DNA from: an uncultured Lachnospiraceae bacterium
GTDB taxonomy: Bacteria > Bacillota > Clostridia > Lachnospirales > Lachnospiraceae
Assembly: GCA_902789785.1 (NCBI GenBank)
Contig: CADAPR010000002.1
Location: 1 to 50,382, forward strand
Length of the DNA: 50,382 nucleotides
Direction of reading: 5' to 3'
Below are positions 47,997-50,382 of the stretch, in pieces. The notes beneath the pieces are model-generated. The model saw nothing but the letters and a program-made list of their open reading frames with translations. It had not been told where the DNA came from and ran no database searches. Numbering within the stretch: the first letter of the stretch is position 1; every line of letters starts with the position of its first letter. Made by a program: the position numbers and the translations under genes.

Positions 47997-50378
47997 TCAG
48001 GGTATGCAAGGAAAAGTAAGGATAACCTTGAACAGATCTCCATCGAGGAAAATATCAAACTGTCCATTCATGGCTTCAGTCAAGCTCTTAGCAATCGAAA
48101 GTCCAAGACCGGATCCTTCGCTCTTTCTTGATTCGTCACCCTGCTTAAATCTTTCGACAAGCTCCTGAGCTGACATGTTTAGCTGATTTTCAGAAATATT
48201 CTTAACTGAAAGCTGCACTCTCTGGGCTCCTTCAACACCGAATTGTTCTATATCGATATATACTCTCGTACCCTGTAGGGCATATTTGTAAATGTTGTTA
48301 TAAAGGTTGTCGATTATCCTAAACATGCTTTTACTGTCGACGCTTATATAAATCTGATTTGAAGGTGGAGTAAATCTGCATTTTAAGCCATGATCTGCAA
48401 ATTTATCTTCATATTCACCAATGGATTGATTTATAAGTTCAACAATATTTATCCGCTCAAAGTTTAGAACAATGTTTCCGGAGCTTATCTTAGATGCCTC
48501 AACAAGATCATCAGTGAGCTGTTTTAATCTCTGACTCTTCTGATCAAGTATATCGATATATCCGCTTATCTTTTCATCCGGTATGTTTTCGCGCTTTAAA
48601 AGATCCACATAGTTAATAATCGATGTAAGCGGAGTTTTGATATCATGGGAAACATTTGTTATAAGATCCGCCTTCATCTTTTCATCTTTCATGGAAGTTT
48701 CAACAGCTTTTCTGATACCGTTTCCGATATTGTTAACAGCATTGGCAAGTTCAAGATTGTCTCCATGCATCTTTTCGGTATTCATCTGGTGCTTAATATC
48801 AGATTCACTTATGATATTGATGCTCTTAACTATCTCCTGTCTTTCTTTATTGTTCCTGTATAGATACACGCCTACTAAAAGATCAAATACTGCAGCAACG
48901 ATCAATCCTATGGGTGATAGGATTATACAGATCAGATTTATCAAAAGAAACAGTATATATGGTATCCAAGTTCTAATAATGGCATGACCGTTATCATAGG
49001 CTTCTATTGTACCTTTTCTTATGCAACTTATTAGCCATTTGATACAACTGTTTTCCATAAGATTCTTAGCTTTGATCTTTCTTACAATGCAAAGAACCAT
49101 AGGCATGAATGTATAATTCAAAACTATTGCTGCGAGTACGATTATTCCATATACAAGAATGCCGTCAAATACATGGTTTTTACTGTATCTGATCACGTAT
49201 GCGCCGATAATACAGTCCATTAGAACTATACCAAATGCCAACACAGCCAAGAATTCTATTGGCATGTGATCGATCTTCTTTAATCTGACTTCTTCAGTAT
49301 TGACATTCTCTTCGTCCTTTTTTACATATACTCTTCCTTCTTTAATGATCAGATATACAAAAAGGCTTAAGTAAGCAAAAAATGATATCCATATAATAAC
49401 AATAAGGGTTATTCCATTTGAATTTGCTGATTTTGAATCGTAATATCTTTTGCCCTGTGCAAAACCGTCATCAGCAGCATACATGTTGTCAAAACCGATC
49501 CAGATTCTTGAATTATCACTGAATGCGTAACTGTAATTATTTATAATACCCTGCATTTTGAGAGCATTAATATCTGTATTGCTGACCATAGTCATTTTAT
49601 CTGGATTGAAATATAGATATTTAAGCTGCTTTTTAAACAGACCGGTTATCTCATCGACTTTGTGCTTGCTGCTTATAACTTCCATGTTTGTAAATCTGAC
49701 AAGTTTACCATCGTTGTACATCTGGATACAGTAGAGCATATTGGTCTTACCGACACCGTATCTGTCATTGAATTTTACATATTCCTGATAATTTGAAAAC
49801 AATGCAGAAGAAGTTGCGATAAGATTATTTAAAAGTTCATTGTATTCATCCATATTGGATGCATAACTGATCAGATCTTTGTTTTCTGTACTTTTGTATC
49901 TGGCTACAGCTATTGTAACCTCATCTGTATCAACTTCAAAAGGAAGAGTTGCGGCTGAAACCGTCTTATACTCAATTCCTTTGTTACCCCAGTTTATAAG
50001 ATCATCAAGATAGTATTGCGCTGTAAGATTTTTATCATATGCTACCCTGTTTCGATTCGCATATGCAGTTATATCTATAACTTTTTTAGGATCATACGAA
50101 CCATCTGTTTCCATCTGATTCTTGATCACAGCCATACGCACAAGATCGTCAACGCATCTCTCAAAAATCAGATTAAAGAGCTCCGAATCTTCATAACTTA
50201 CCTCATCCCTCTCAAAGAAAGGTAAAAAGAAGCTTCCCTTATAATCGCCATAGTCGACGAGCATTGTAGAATCTTCTACAAATATATATGCAGATAAAAA
50301 TGTCACAGCAATCATTATCGTGCTGATAAGTATCAGCAGAAATCTCATCGCTTTACTAATGCCTTTTTTTGCAGCCAT
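47997..50378 (-). CDS. Membrane sensor histidine kinase
   Basis: Large extracellular region, multiple TMs, H box NVSHDIKTPL, N box NLYNNIYKY, G2 GSGLGLSIA. Confidence 0.95.
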   Translation of the reverse strand: MAAKKGISKAMRFLLILISTIMIAVTFLSAYIFVEDSTMLVDYGDYKGSFFLPFFERDEVSYEDSELFNLIFERCVDDLVRMAVIKNQMETDGSYDPKKVIDITAYANRNRVAYDKNLTAQYYLDDLINWGNKGIEYKTVSAATLPFEVDTDEVTIAVARYKSTENKDLISYASNMDEYNELLNNLIATSSALFSNYQEYVKFNDRYGVGKTNMLYCIQMYNDGKLVRFTNMEVISSKHKVDEITGLFKKQLKYLYFNPDKMTMVSNTDINALKMQGIINNYSYAFSDNSRIWIGFDNMYAADDGFAQGKRYYDSKSANSNGITLIVIIWISFFAYLSLFVYLIIKEGRVYVKKDEENVNTEEVRLKKIDHMPIEFLAVLAFGIVLMDCIIGAYVIRYSKNHVFDGILVYGIIVLAAIVLNYTFMPMVLCIVRKIKAKNLMENSCIKWLISCIRKGTIEAYDNGHAIIRTWIPYILFLLINLICIILSPIGLIVAAVFDLLVGVYLYRNNKERQEIVKSINIISESDIKHQMNTEKMHGDNLELANAVNNIGNGIRKAVETSMKDEKMKADLITNVSHDIKTPLTSIINYVDLLKRENIPDEKISGYIDILDQKSQRLKQLTDDLVEASKISSGNIVLNFERINIVELINQSIGEYEDKFADHGLKCRFTPPSNQIYISVDSKSMFRIIDNLYNNIYKYALQGTRVYIDIEQFGVEGAQRVQLSVKNISENQLNMSAQELVERFKQGDESRKSEGSGLGLSIAKSLTEAMNGQFDIFLDGDLFKVILTFPCIP

Positions 50379-50382
50379 ACGC

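Noticed and set aside
28-50225. Many plus-strand and nested short ORFs in the track (e.g. 597-1184, 1535-2026, 7171-7665)
   Set aside because: Antisense or alternative-frame shadows of well-supported minus-strand genes; no recognisable motifs

Overview
AT-rich Firmicute chromosomal region; gene content and protein styles suggest Lachnospiraceae/Butyrivibrio-like (inference). About 44 CDSs, all on the minus strand. Mostly housekeeping: partial glgB-like, DUF1015, an MCP, serC-serA, an L,D-transpeptidase, leuB-ilvD-ilvB, tgt-yajC, a glgX-like operon, gltX, degV, nrdD-nrdG-dut with three NrdR-like boxes, a WYL regulator, rnhA, a membrane-anchored MutS-like ATPase, purine salvage genes, tyrS, a MoxR/VWA pair, prs-DUF512-der-plsY-gpsA, an MBOAT/SGNH O-acylation cluster and a sensor kinase. 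I found no tRNA, rRNA, CRISPR or mobile element. Most notable: (1) a candidate stand-alone structured small RNA at ~34785-34932 (minus) with phased TTAA repeats upstream; (2) a GlgX homologue lacking catalytic Asp residues; (3) an apparent ~22-codon in-frame deletion in serA; (4) an orphan MoxR/VWA pair; (5) a WYL/MutS-like/RNase H block next to anaerobic ribonucleotide reductase. All family calls come from motif recognition by eye; no database searches were run.
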